A stretch of DNA of 46,043 bases. Origin: a virus. Lineage: Duplodnaviria > Caudoviricetes. The notes below the pieces were generated by a model. That model saw only the letters and a list, made by a program, of their open reading frames with translations. It was not told where the DNA came from and searched no databases. The stretch is taken from positions 1 through 46,043 of the IMG/VR virus record IMGVR_UViG_3300025398_000035, one strand, 5' to 3'. The position numbers were made by a program, and so were the translations under genes. Of this stretch, positions 1-7,887 are shown piece after piece (the stretch's first letter is position 1; each line of letters opens with the position of its first letter).

Positions 1-130
1 CGCGGGGGGGGGGTGCCGGGCCCTTACGAGCGCATCTGGTCCCGAGTGCGCCGCGTGTCGGATCGGGACAACAATCACACACCCATCAGCTCCACCACGC
101 GCGCCAGCACGCCCCACAACGGCGAATTGG
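1..130 (+). repeat. Terminal direct repeat / circular overlap, left copy
   Basis: 1..130 matches 45915..46043 except for the poly-G run (10 G here, 9 G at the right end). Confidence 0.95.
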
Positions 131-248
131 GGCTGCGGCCATATTCGAGGTCTTCAAGGGTGCGTTGGTTTACACCAAGCAGTTCCGCGGCCTCTCGTCG
201 TGAGAGGCCGCGTTCTTCGCGCCAGGCCCGGAGAATTTCGGGGTTCAT
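75..248 (-). CDS. Small XRE-type HTH protein, 57 aa (Aca-like position); not in the ORF track
   Basis: Hand translation MNPEILRAWREERGLSRREAAELLGVNQRTLEDLEYGRSPNSPLWGVLARVVELMGV is a typical HTH_3 pattern. Its ATG overlaps the upstream stop (ATGA). Confidence 0.85.
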   Translation of the reverse strand: MNPEILRAWREERGLSRREAAELLGVNQRTLEDLEYGRSPNSPLWGVLARVVELMGV

Positions 249-502
249 TGGGCCTCGCCAGCGTGAACCGTGGGGCGTTCACACCTCTCATTGCCCCAAT
301 GCAGCACATCCTCATCGGCGTCACCGACCAGCTCCCAAGCGCGCCGCAGCACGGCGCCCTTTTCCTCAGTTGTCGGTTCTCCCCACATGCGGTCCTCATC
401 GCCCCCGTCTACGGTCTCGAAAATAGCCAGTGCAATCTCAATGCTCGTTTCGCGCTTGCTGGCAAATTCACGAATGTTCATTGGTGCGTAGGTCATCTGC
501 AT
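245..502 (-). CDS. Small acidic protein, YccJ-like
   Basis: EFASKRETSIEIALAIFE...MW...LHWGNERCER resembles E. coli YccJ as recalled (EWASLRNTSPEIAEAIFE...IW...LFWGEQTIER). It has 19 D/E versus 9 K/R and a GGAG RBS upstream. Confidence 0.7.
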   Translation of the reverse strand: MQMTYAPMNIREFASKRETSIEIALAIFETVDGGDEDRMWGEPTTEEKGAVLRRAWELVGDADEDVLHWGNERCERPTVHAGEAQ

Positions 503-544
503 TACTCCATTCCGTCCGGGGCCATTCCCCGTCCTGATGACACC

Positions 545-596
545 GTTATACGGGTTTCCCGTAACATCGTCAACAGGAAAATACGGGAAATCCGTA
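545..596 (-). promoter_or_regulatory. Near-consensus sigma70 promoter with two inverted-repeat operators
   Basis: Minus strand TTGACG (573-568), 17-nt spacer, TATAAC (550-545). Palindromes TACGGG-TTT-CCCGTA (549-563) and TACGGG-AAA-TCCGTA (582-596) flank the -35 box. Confidence 0.8.
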
Positions 597-622
597 GAAT
601 TTTTGAAGGTGCAATCGGTCTA

Positions 623-807
623 GGTTTGACAATCGGCCCGTAAGCCATTGATTCCCATCGGCCAAATCGCGCCGGTTTGACACGCCAACCCGTTGAAAAC
701 ACACGCCCACCCCAAACCTTCCGGGTGCGCCACGCGGCTTAAAAAACCGCAGAAAACCGCCTTTTTTCGTCAGGTTTGACAATTTGCCGGATGCGGTTTG
801 ACAAACC
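623..807. other. attP region: arm-type repeats, IHF site and tRNA 3'-end-like core
   Basis: Four direct repeats GGTTTGACA (623, 674, 773, 795). An exact IHF consensus WATCAANNNNTTR lies on the minus strand (641-653). CCTTCCGGGTGCGCCA (717-732) looks like a tRNA 3' end. The region is directly downstream of the integrase. Confidence 0.75.
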
Positions 808-810
808 TGT

Positions 811-1842
811 TCATGATTTCCCCCGCGCCCGCATCGCTGTGACCTTCGCCAACCCGGCCTTGGCCAGCCTCGCGCGATCTGCGGCCTCGGTGTAGGTCCG
901 GATTTCCTGGCTGCTGCGGTGCCCGCTGACGCTCATGATCTCGTGCTCGGTGGCGCCCGATTCCGCCATCTGCCGCAGCGTGGCCTTGCGCATGCCATGC
1001 GGGGCGAGGCCGGGCGGCAACCCTGCCTCCGCGCACCATGCCACGAACAAGTTGTAGAACCCGCCCGCGCTGTGCGGCTTGCCCTGTTTGTTGGCCAGGA
1101 ACGTGAGCTGACCGGCCGGGGCCGCTGCAATCTCGCGCTCCAGCTCGGGATGCAGCGGGATCGACACGGCGGCGCCGGTTTTGACCTGGCGGAACGTCAG
1201 CACGCCGCCGGACAGGTGCTGGCGGCCGAGCCGCACGATGTCGGATCGACGCTGGCCGGTGTGCAGAAGCAAAGCAAACGCCAGACGGGCCTTGGTGCCG
1301 GATCTGTGGTGCGCCTCGTATTGCTCAATCTCGGCATCGGTCCACGGTCGATAGCCGCGCACCTCGTAACGTGCTTTGGTGATGCCCGCCGTGGGGTCGT
1401 CGGCCCTGATCCCCATCGCGATCGCTTGCCGCATCAGCGCCCGCAGGCAGCGCAGCAGGTGGTTGCGCGCTGCAGGGTGATCTGCCCGCTTGTCCAGGAT
1501 GTGATGCACCGCCACGGCATTCAGCAGCTTCACCGGCTTGCCGCCGTGCTCGGCGCGCAGGCGTTCGATGATGCGCCGGTAGTTGGCTTGGCTGGTTGCG
1601 CGGAGCGATCGGAATGCGTGGCTGCCGTAGTAGGCCATGGCGACATGATCGAGCGAGCCCTCAACCGGCCCGCGTGGCGCGGGCTTTGCCTCGGTCATGC
1701 CGGCCTGATAGGCGGCGAGAAACTCGGGTGATCCTGGCTCGCCGGGCAGCTTGATTGTCGGATGGCCGGGCCTGCGCAGGTAATGCCGCCGCGTGCCGTG
1801 GCGGTCGGTGAATGCCTGGACATAAAGCAGGCGAATGCGCAT
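811..1842 (-). CDS. int: Tyrosine integrase
   Basis: Catalytic motifs HTGQRRSD (R), PHGMRK (HxxR), SGH and RTYT (Y), plus an N-terminal arm-binding region; adjacent to attP. Confidence 0.95.
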   Translation of the reverse strand: MRIRLLYVQAFTDRHGTRRHYLRRPGHPTIKLPGEPGSPEFLAAYQAGMTEAKPAPRGPVEGSLDHVAMAYYGSHAFRSLRATSQANYRRIIERLRAEHGGKPVKLLNAVAVHHILDKRADHPAARNHLLRCLRALMRQAIAMGIRADDPTAGITKARYEVRGYRPWTDAEIEQYEAHHRSGTKARLAFALLLHTGQRRSDIVRLGRQHLSGGVLTFRQVKTGAAVSIPLHPELEREIAAAPAGQLTFLANKQGKPHSAGGFYNLFVAWCAEAGLPPGLAPHGMRKATLRQMAESGATEHEIMSVSGHRSSQEIRTYTEAADRARLAKAGLAKVTAMRARGKS

Positions 1843-2075
1843 CAGGTCAGCCAGGGATTTTGTTCCTGTTCAGATGCGCTGCGTCCGGCCAACGCGTCAA
1901 GCCATCGGTCAAGATCGTCCTTCAACCAAGCCACGGTGCCGGGCGTCGGATGGATGGGTTTGACCGCGGGCGCCACGTGCGCGGTGAATGCGGTTGGGCT
2001 GATCCCGACATATGCCGCCGCCAGCGGCAAGCGCAGCGCGCGCGGCCAGTTGGGGAGGTTGGCCGGTGGGGTCAT
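1842..2075 (-). CDS. Excisionase / AlpA-like HTH protein
   Basis: WPRALRLPLAAAYVGISPTAF...VAWLKDDLDRWLD pattern; translationally coupled to int. Confidence 0.8.
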   Translation of the reverse strand: MTPPANLPNWPRALRLPLAAAYVGISPTAFTAHVAPAVKPIHPTPGTVAWLKDDLDRWLDALAGRSASEQEQNPWLT

Positions 2076-2935
2076 GCGCCACAACCCCAATCGCAAGCCT
2101 GGCCTTCCTCGATCATGGTCTCATCCATTGGCAGCATGGGCGTCCGCCGGACCAGATCGGCCAACTGCGCATAGGGCTCGCGGTCCTTGCGGAACGTGCG
2201 CCCGTGCCCGACTGCGCCGCGCGGCACCGCCTCCATCTCAGCCCACCACGTCATGCGCTCCGGGTGATCGCGCATCATCCGCATGATGCTGGCGCGGGAT
2301 TTCAGAAAGCACCCGTCGCAATTGCCCTCCCACGGCCCCGCGAGGCGCAGGTCAAACGGTTGCGCACGCCAGAACGCCAGGACATCCGCTTTGGTGATCC
2401 CGGCGGCGTTGAGCGGCAGCAGGATGTTGCGCGCCTCGCGACCGCCTTTTTTCTGCCGCTCGGGGTCCAGAGCCCGTTCGACGCGGCGCGGCTCATCGGC
2501 GCGCAGCCCGATCACCTGCCACGGGCGCGCCTTCTTTCCCCAACGGACAATTGACCATCGGTGAATTGTTCGGATTTTCATCTGCGCCGTGCACGACCGC
2601 TGCACCGGGTTTGGCAACGCAGGCTGCGTTGCCATCAGCGCCTCAAACGGCTCCCCAGCCCGGCTGGCGCTGTTGTGGCTGACCACCTGAAACCCATCCG
2701 GCCGCCGGGCCGTGAATTCCAGCCACGTCACATGCACGCCCCAGGCGGTGGCGCATTCGTTGACGAAATCCAGCGTGGCAGGCATCTCGCGGCCGGTGTT
2801 GGCAAAACAGACCGCCACCTCATCGGGCAGCGCGCCGCCGTGCGCCTGCAGAATGCGCCAGAGCATGTATGCACTGGTCCGCCCGCCGGAGAAGCTGATG
2901 ATCGCCGGGCCGGTGATGCGGAACGGTTCGGTCAT
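2072..2935 (-). CDS. PAPS-reductase-like (PP-loop) protein with Cys cluster
   Basis: ISFSGGRTS PP-loop, FANTGRE, RSCTAQMK, IGLRADE, GNCDGCFLK and C-terminal CDWGC. Confidence 0.85.
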   Translation of the reverse strand: MTEPFRITGPAIISFSGGRTSAYMLWRILQAHGGALPDEVAVCFANTGREMPATLDFVNECATAWGVHVTWLEFTARRPDGFQVVSHNSASRAGEPFEALMATQPALPNPVQRSCTAQMKIRTIHRWSIVRWGKKARPWQVIGLRADEPRRVERALDPERQKKGGREARNILLPLNAAGITKADVLAFWRAQPFDLRLAGPWEGNCDGCFLKSRASIMRMMRDHPERMTWWAEMEAVPRGAVGHGRTFRKDREPYAQLADLVRRTPMLPMDETMIEEGQACDWGCGA

Positions 2936-2936
2936 G

Positions 2937-3077
2937 TCATCCCTCCATCATGCACCCGACGCAAAGCGCGCTCAACGTGGTTTGGATGCCACCCCCAGGC
3001 CGGCCGACATAGACAGCGTCATCGGGCATGCGCCAACCCTTGGCACGGGATCGGCGGATGCGGGCGGGGCTACTCAT
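2937..3077 (-). pseudogene. Truncated DUF4326-like fragment (46 aa)
   Basis: Hand translation MSSPARIRRSRAKGWRMPDDAVYVGRPG matches the recalled DUF4326 N-terminus. The following WGNPF motif and the rest of the domain are absent. Confidence 0.6.
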
Positions 3078-3351
3078 CGGCCGCACCATCGGTCTGCACA
3101 ATCATCGCGGCGCGCATCCCGGCCTCAAACCCGGCCTGCCAAGTGAATTCGGCGAACGCCGGAATGTTGTGCATCTGCCCCCACCGTTTCAGGTCTTCCG
3201 GACATTCCTGTGCTGCCAGAAGGCGCAAGGCTACCAGTCCGGCGCGCTCTTTCGCTTGGCGTAGTTGCCGGACGGCGATGCTCTCGGCTTCTCGCTGTTG
3301 GAACGCATCATCCAGCATTTGGCTGACGGTCTTGCTTGAGGTGTCAGGCAT
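3070..3351 (-). CDS. Hypothetical protein
   Basis: 93-aa ORF in the overlapping leftward gene chain, with a GGAGG RBS. Confidence 0.6.
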   Translation of the reverse strand: MPDTSSKTVSQMLDDAFQQREAESIAVRQLRQAKERAGLVALRLLAAQECPEDLKRWGQMHNIPAFAEFTWQAGFEAGMRAAMIVQTDGAADE

Positions 3352-3526
3352 TGGTGCCCTCCTTTTCCGCCGCTTTGACCGCGCGCTGCCAGGTGCCGGT
3401 GCCGTGCCTCACCCGCTCCCAATACACGGCGTTAGGGTCTGTTTGTCGGTCAACGATGTGGTTGCCGTCACTCGCCAGATACACGGTGTAATCGTCGCCA
3501 CGGAGGCGGATGGTGCGGGTGGTCAT
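3344..3526 (-). CDS. Hypothetical protein
   Basis: 60-aa ORF with ATGA coupling to the upstream gene. Confidence 0.55.
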   Translation of the reverse strand: MTTRTIRLRGDDYTVYLASDGNHIVDRQTDPNAVYWERVRHGTGTWQRAVKAAEKEGTNA

Positions 3527-3762
3527 GCGCGCCATGCTTTCCACATTTCGAGACCCGCTGCGGTAGGGTGGACTTCCCACCCGCGACGAGGGAAAAAGAT
3601 CAATTCTTTGTCAATCAATCGACGAATAGGCGCGGTAGGTTCAAGCGTGCAGTCATAGAACATTGGGAACGTTTGGCACACAGCGTCAAGAATACGCCTG
3701 TCGTTGTTGCCCATTGAACGGTATTTTTGGCGCAGTTCTTCGGTTGTTGGTGTGGTAGTCAT
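3523..3762 (-). CDS. Hypothetical protein (possible winged-helix-like), lower GC
   Basis: 79 aa, ATGA-coupled, GGAGG RBS. Confidence 0.55.
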   Translation of the reverse strand: MTTTPTTEELRQKYRSMGNNDRRILDAVCQTFPMFYDCTLEPTAPIRRLIDKELIFFPRRGWEVHPTAAGLEMWKAWRA

Positions 3763-3953
3763 GCCCCGCCCTCCGCATCCGGCGCAGCAGGCGGCGCGGG
3801 AAGGGGCAATTCCAAAAAAGCTTTGGCCGATGCGTGCAGCCCCCATTTGTTCAGTTGTTCATGAGCGGCCTCCAGCATCGCCTCTGCAGCCGCACGCGCC
3901 ATCGCCTGGGCTTCGGGAAGCGTGATTAGGGGGGTGGGGTTATTGTTGGTCAT
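3759..3953 (-). CDS. Hypothetical protein
   Basis: 64 aa, ATGA-coupled, GGAG RBS. Confidence 0.5.
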   Translation of the reverse strand: MTNNNPTPLITLPEAQAMARAAAEAMLEAAHEQLNKWGLHASAKAFLELPLPAPPAAPDAEGGA

Positions 3954-4423
3954 GGTGCATACTCCGGGACAAGAGAAAGGGCCGCGCGCTTGCCGGCGTC
4001 GGTCAGCACGAAATAGGTCATGCCCTTGCCATACTCCTCGCTGTGAGATGGCAGCGCTTTCATCAGGCCAAGGGCGGTCAACGCCACCAAGGGCGGATTG
4101 TCGCGGCGCGTGTAGAAATAGTCTCGATACCCAGCGCGCGTCGGGTCGCTGCCGTTGGCGCCGAACGCATGCAGGAGGCAATGCCGCTCTTGTTTGGAAA
4201 GCGCTAAAGTGGCCTCGTCTGGAACCGGCAGATGCACATCGGCATAAGGCGCACGACGTGCCACCACATTGACAATGCGAAGTTGCCCATCGTCAAGGCG
4301 ACGCCATGCCATCGAACGCGCCCGCCCGGCGGTGGCAGCGAAAAATATTTCCGCCCCGTCATAGCTCTTTACCGTGACGGACCAGGCTTTTCGCAGACGA
4401 GTGGGTGCGAGCTTATCACTCAT
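3950..4423 (-). CDS. Hypothetical phage protein
   Basis: 157 aa in the coupled chain; LLHAFG...GYRDYF...LGLM...YFVLTDAGK is a recurrent phage motif. Confidence 0.7.
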   Translation of the reverse strand: MSDKLAPTRLRKAWSVTVKSYDGAEIFFAATAGRARSMAWRRLDDGQLRIVNVVARRAPYADVHLPVPDEATLALSKQERHCLLHAFGANGSDPTRAGYRDYFYTRRDNPPLVALTALGLMKALPSHSEEYGKGMTYFVLTDAGKRAALSLVPEYAP

Positions 4424-4748
4424 CGTTCGTCTCCGCGTTCGTTATCAGGACGAGGATGTCGTCTCGTAGACGTTCAGAAATTTGCGCGCCCCGCAACCAT
4501 TCGCCATTCTTCAAACACGCAAGCCGCGCGCTTTCCGCCATAGACGCCGCCTCCCGCAGCGCTTTCTTGCGCGCCTCACGCGCGATCTGCGGGCGCATGG
4601 CTGCGAGGTAAGCGAGGCACATGGCGTCGCTGCGTGCGTCGTTGCGCTCCCAAAACGCGCCTTTGGTTTCGTGGAGCGCTCTAAGTCCGGTTTTGATCGC
4701 GATCTCCATCGCTTCGTCGTGGCCGGGCGGGTGTGGGGCGTCGGTCAT
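4416..4748 (-). CDS. Hypothetical protein
   Basis: 110 aa, ATGA-coupled, GGAGG RBS. Confidence 0.55.
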   Translation of the reverse strand: MTDAPHPPGHDEAMEIAIKTGLRALHETKGAFWERNDARSDAMCLAYLAAMRPQIAREARKKALREAASMAESARLACLKNGEWLRGAQISERLRDDILVLITNAETNDE

Positions 4749-5176
4749 CGCCCGCCCTCCTTCGCATCGGCTTCCAGCGCAATGAGCGCACGGGACACGC
4801 GATGATGTGCTTCGGCCCATTCCGGTGAATGCACGATGCACTCGCGTTGCTGCCTGACCGCCGCCACCAATTCCGCAATCGGATCGCTCGGCTGCGGCGG
4901 GGTGACGGAGGCGATGTAGGCGTCGTGCGCTTTGAGAAGGTAGCAAGCCCCTACGTTAGGGTCTTCCTCGCGCCACACCGTCACAGCATCTAACACCGCC
5001 TGCGCCTCGGGCGTCAGGAGCGGCGGAAGGGGGTGGATGTGCTTGGCGGGAAGTAATTGACCAGGCGGGTCCGTTCCGTCCCATTTCACTCCGACAAATA
5101 CGCCGCCATCTGACGTGTCGCGCACGGTGCCAGTCCTCATTACTCGGTCGCCGGGCTTCCACATCACTTCACCCAT
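4745..5176 (-). CDS. Hypothetical protein with SH3-like N-terminus
   Basis: WKPGDRV...GTV...VGVKWDG; GGAGG RBS upstream. The start is uncertain because the ORF is open to 5305. Confidence 0.55.
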   Translation of the reverse strand: MGEVMWKPGDRVMRTGTVRDTSDGGVFVGVKWDGTDPPGQLLPAKHIHPLPPLLTPEAQAVLDAVTVWREEDPNVGACYLLKAHDAYIASVTPPQPSDPIAELVAAVRQQRECIVHSPEWAEAHHRVSRALIALEADAKEGGR

Positions 5177-5301
5177 CTCACCCTCCATCATTCCTGCGCT
5201 ACCCGCCCCGCGCCCGCCGGACGAACCAGCAGCCAGCGCGGAGCGGCCTGACGACCCCGATCCGGCCCCCGTTGGCCAATCGTCAGGGTCTCGGTGTGTG
5301 G

Positions 5302-5757
5302 TCAAAACGGAATTTCGTCCGCGTCAGGTTCCGGCGCGCTGGGAAGCGATGCCGTCCTGCGCGCGCCGTGATGCGACGTTTCCGCGACTTTCTCCCGCCC
5401 CGCCTCATCCTGCCGCCCGCCAACAAGCGCCAACTCGCCGCGAAACTGCCGCAGAACGATCTCGGTGATTTCGCGTTCGGCCCCGTCCTTGTCGGTGTAT
5501 TTCCGCGTTTCGAGCGCGCCTTCGAGGTAGACTTCGAAGCCTTTGCGCAGGTAGCGCTTGGCCACGTTGCCCAGCCCGTCGTTCCAGATCACGACGCGGT
5601 GCCATTGCGTGCGCTCTTTGCGCTCGCCGGTGGCTTTGTCGTTCCATGTCTCGGATGTGGCGAGGCTAAACGACACGACCTTGCTGTTGCCGACCGTGCG
5701 GGATTCCGGGTCACGACCCACGCGGCCTAGCACAATGACTTTGTTCACGCCGGGCAT
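5302..5757 (-). CDS. ssb: Single-stranded DNA-binding protein
   Basis: VNKVIVLGRVGRDPE, ATSETWNDKATGERKERTQWHRVV and C-terminal DEIPF. Confidence 0.97.
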   Translation of the reverse strand: MPGVNKVIVLGRVGRDPESRTVGNSKVVSFSLATSETWNDKATGERKERTQWHRVVIWNDGLGNVAKRYLRKGFEVYLEGALETRKYTDKDGAEREITEIVLRQFRGELALVGGRQDEAGREKVAETSHHGARRTASLPSAPEPDADEIPF

Positions 5758-6551
5758 TATGCGGCCTCCTCAGTGTCAATTTCGTCAGGGTGCGGGCGCT
5801 GCTTGCGCGCCGTGGCGATCAGGCTGTTGAGCTTTTCGAGCAACCCATTTGTGAACGTGGTTTGCGCCTTGCGCACATCCTCGTGCGCCAGCACGCTTTC
5901 CACATCCTGCCAATTGCGGCACCCGATCAGATCTTCTTCCAACTCAACGAGGAACTGTTTGGCGGTGCGTTTCGGCGGCTCGGCAGGCTCGGGCTGGATG
6001 GTGATGGTCGGGCCTGCAAAATCAGGTTGCGCCGTCGTCTCAATTTCCTCCGGCGCGTAGACGCCCAGCATCACCTCGGGGGCGTAACGCCGTGCCCAAA
6101 CGCGCGCGCCGTGGTAGGCAAGCTGCTGGTCTGGCTGCTTGGTCCAAAGCTGGTTGCTGGTCTTGGCGTCACGCAGTCGCACCGTGACCACGCTTGGCGT
6201 TGTGTCGCCGTGCAACACGCCGCTGACTGTAATCGTGCGCGCCTCACCTTCGCCGCTGTAGTTATAACGCAGCCGACCGTCGAGGATGCCGGATGACTGC
6301 ACCGCAGCCGCCACCAGCTTGCCTTCGAACATCAGTTTGCCTTGGATCACGCTCGTGGCTTGCGCCACTGCAAATGGCGACATCCCCCAACGCATGGCTT
6401 GCTCGATGACCATTAGGCAATCGCCCGGCTGGTTGTGAAAGTGCTGCGGCACAAGCCGCCCCTTGGCCATCATGTCGGCCAGGCGCACGGCCTGATCCAT
6501 GCTGGTCGGCATCAGCCCGGTGCTGGCCGGGCTTGAAATCGTCACGCTCAT
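5757..6551 (-). CDS. RecT/Red-beta-like single-strand annealing protein
   Basis: QAMRWGMSPFAVAQ, LWTKQPDQQLAY and WARRYAPEVMLGVYAPEE; located beside ssb. Confidence 0.85.
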   Translation of the reverse strand: MSVTISSPASTGLMPTSMDQAVRLADMMAKGRLVPQHFHNQPGDCLMVIEQAMRWGMSPFAVAQATSVIQGKLMFEGKLVAAAVQSSGILDGRLRYNYSGEGEARTITVSGVLHGDTTPSVVTVRLRDAKTSNQLWTKQPDQQLAYHGARVWARRYAPEVMLGVYAPEEIETTAQPDFAGPTITIQPEPAEPPKRTAKQFLVELEEDLIGCRNWQDVESVLAHEDVRKAQTTFTNGLLEKLNSLIATARKQRPHPDEIDTEEAA

Positions 6552-6552
6552 C

Positions 6553-7056
6553 TCAATTGCTCCTGATCATGATGCCGGGCAGACCCGGCGTTAGGACAGC
6601 ACCGGGGACGGGCTCGCCCGCCTTGAGTGCAGTGCGGATCGCAGCCTTGTCCGGCGTGCGCACGATCTTGACGAACCCCTGCGGAAGCTCGGCCTCGTCA
6701 ACGATTTCGACATTTTCCTGCGGCGCCCGCAGCGACACGGTAGCCTCGGGCCATTCGCGTTTGCGCCATTGCATCGCGTCCATCGCGGCCATCAGCACGC
6801 CGCGATACCGTTTGCCGCGCGCCTCAAACCGCCGCGCCCGCTCGGTGGCGTTCGTGGCAATTTGCCGCGCCGCTTCGGCGAGACTTTCGGCTTCTTGCGC
6901 CCGCGCCACGATGCGCCGAATCTGTGCCTCGGCGGCTTCCACCGTGTCGGCAAACTCGGTTTCGATGTCGATCACGGCCTCTGGGTCTTCGGCGTGCATC
7001 GCGGCAATGCCGCCGCGCAACGCAGACAGGGCTTGCGCCAACTTCCATTCGCTCAT
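6553..7056 (-). CDS. Siphovirus Gp157-like protein
   Basis: Coiled coil followed by EATVSLR, IVDEAELP, PDKAAIRTALKAGEPVPGA. Confidence 0.85.
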   Translation of the reverse strand: MSEWKLAQALSALRGGIAAMHAEDPEAVIDIETEFADTVEAAEAQIRRIVARAQEAESLAEAARQIATNATERARRFEARGKRYRGVLMAAMDAMQWRKREWPEATVSLRAPQENVEIVDEAELPQGFVKIVRTPDKAAIRTALKAGEPVPGAVLTPGLPGIMIRSN

Positions 7057-7283
7057 TGCGGCCCGCCCCAGCGCGGGCATTCCGCACTCTGCCAGCCGGT
7101 GCCATCCCACACCGCGCACGGGCCATGGTCTGCAAACCGCTCGACGGTGACGACCTGGCGCGGCGCTGGCGCATCGGGCACGCCGATGATCAGCACCGTG
7201 ACAATGCTGCCGACGATGGCCGCGCTGGTGAGGTAGACGGCGGCAATCAGCATGCCGCGCAGGTGTGTGGTGATTTCCTTCAC
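7053..7283 (-). CDS. Small membrane protein
   Basis: N-terminal hydrophobic stretch; coupled to neighbours. Confidence 0.55.
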   Translation of the reverse strand: MKEITTHLRGMLIAAVYLTSAAIVGSIVTVLIIGVPDAPAPRQVVTVERFADHGPCAVWDGTGWQSAECPRWGGPQ

Positions 7284-7603
7284 AGCACACCCCCACGGCC
7301 AAAATCCGCCACCAGCGCCTCGGTCATCGCAGCGCAGTCACGGCACACTGCGCGCCAAGCGCGACGCCACCACGGCGTTCGCAGCCGGGCGACTTCGGCG
7401 TGAAGCAGCATGAGGTGATTGCGCAGGTTGGTGATCTCCATGTCGTTGGCGCGGATTTCGGCCACGACGGCATCAAACAACTCCGCCCCCTGCTCAATGA
7501 CCTGCGCGCGAGTGTATTGCGGGGCCGGGTTAATGCCGTGAGCCACGCGGCGGAGGGTGTCGGCTGCGGTTAGGCAGCGCGTGGGAAGGGTGTTCTGCAT
7601 CAC
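7280..7603 (-). CDS. Hypothetical coiled-coil protein
   Basis: 107 aa in the coupled chain. Confidence 0.6.
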   Translation of the reverse strand: MMQNTLPTRCLTAADTLRRVAHGINPAPQYTRAQVIEQGAELFDAVVAEIRANDMEITNLRNHLMLLHAEVARLRTPWWRRAWRAVCRDCAAMTEALVADFGRGGVL

Positions 7604-7887
7604 ATCCCCTCCAACGCATCAGCCGTCTCGCGCAGGAACCGCGCGACGTTGGCCCGGTCAGCGCTCGTCCGCACCGGCAGCCACATCATCTCGTAATCCG
7701 GCGCGCTGTCGTCTTCGCGGTCATCCGTCGTGTGGCACAGCCGCAGCTCGCCGGCGTCGAGGTCAAACTCAGCGCTCAGCGATGCGTGAAAGTCGCGCGT
7801 GTCGGTCAGCGTGGTTTCGCTCAACGGGCGCGGGTCGCAGGCGCGGACCAGCAGCGCGGGTGGGAGATGGTGGAGATGGGCGCTCAT
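7600..7887 (-). CDS. Hypothetical acidic protein
   Basis: 95 aa, ATGA-coupled to the capsid-like gene, GGAG RBS. Confidence 0.6.
   Translation of the reverse strand: MSAHLHHLPPALLVRACDPRPLSETTLTDTRDFHASLSAEFDLDAGELRLCHTTDDREDDSAPDYEMMWLPVRTSADRANVARFLRETADALEGM

Noticed and set aside
1-130. Physical terminal repeats of the virion DNA
   Set aside because: The length is similar to assembler overlaps, the junction cuts a gene, and a PBSX-type terminase suggests headful packaging. It is more likely a circular-assembly overlap.
717-732. Possible tRNA gene ending in CCA
   Set aside because: Only a 3'-end-like 16-mer is present, with no upstream GTTCGA T-loop or cloverleaf. It is treated as the att core.
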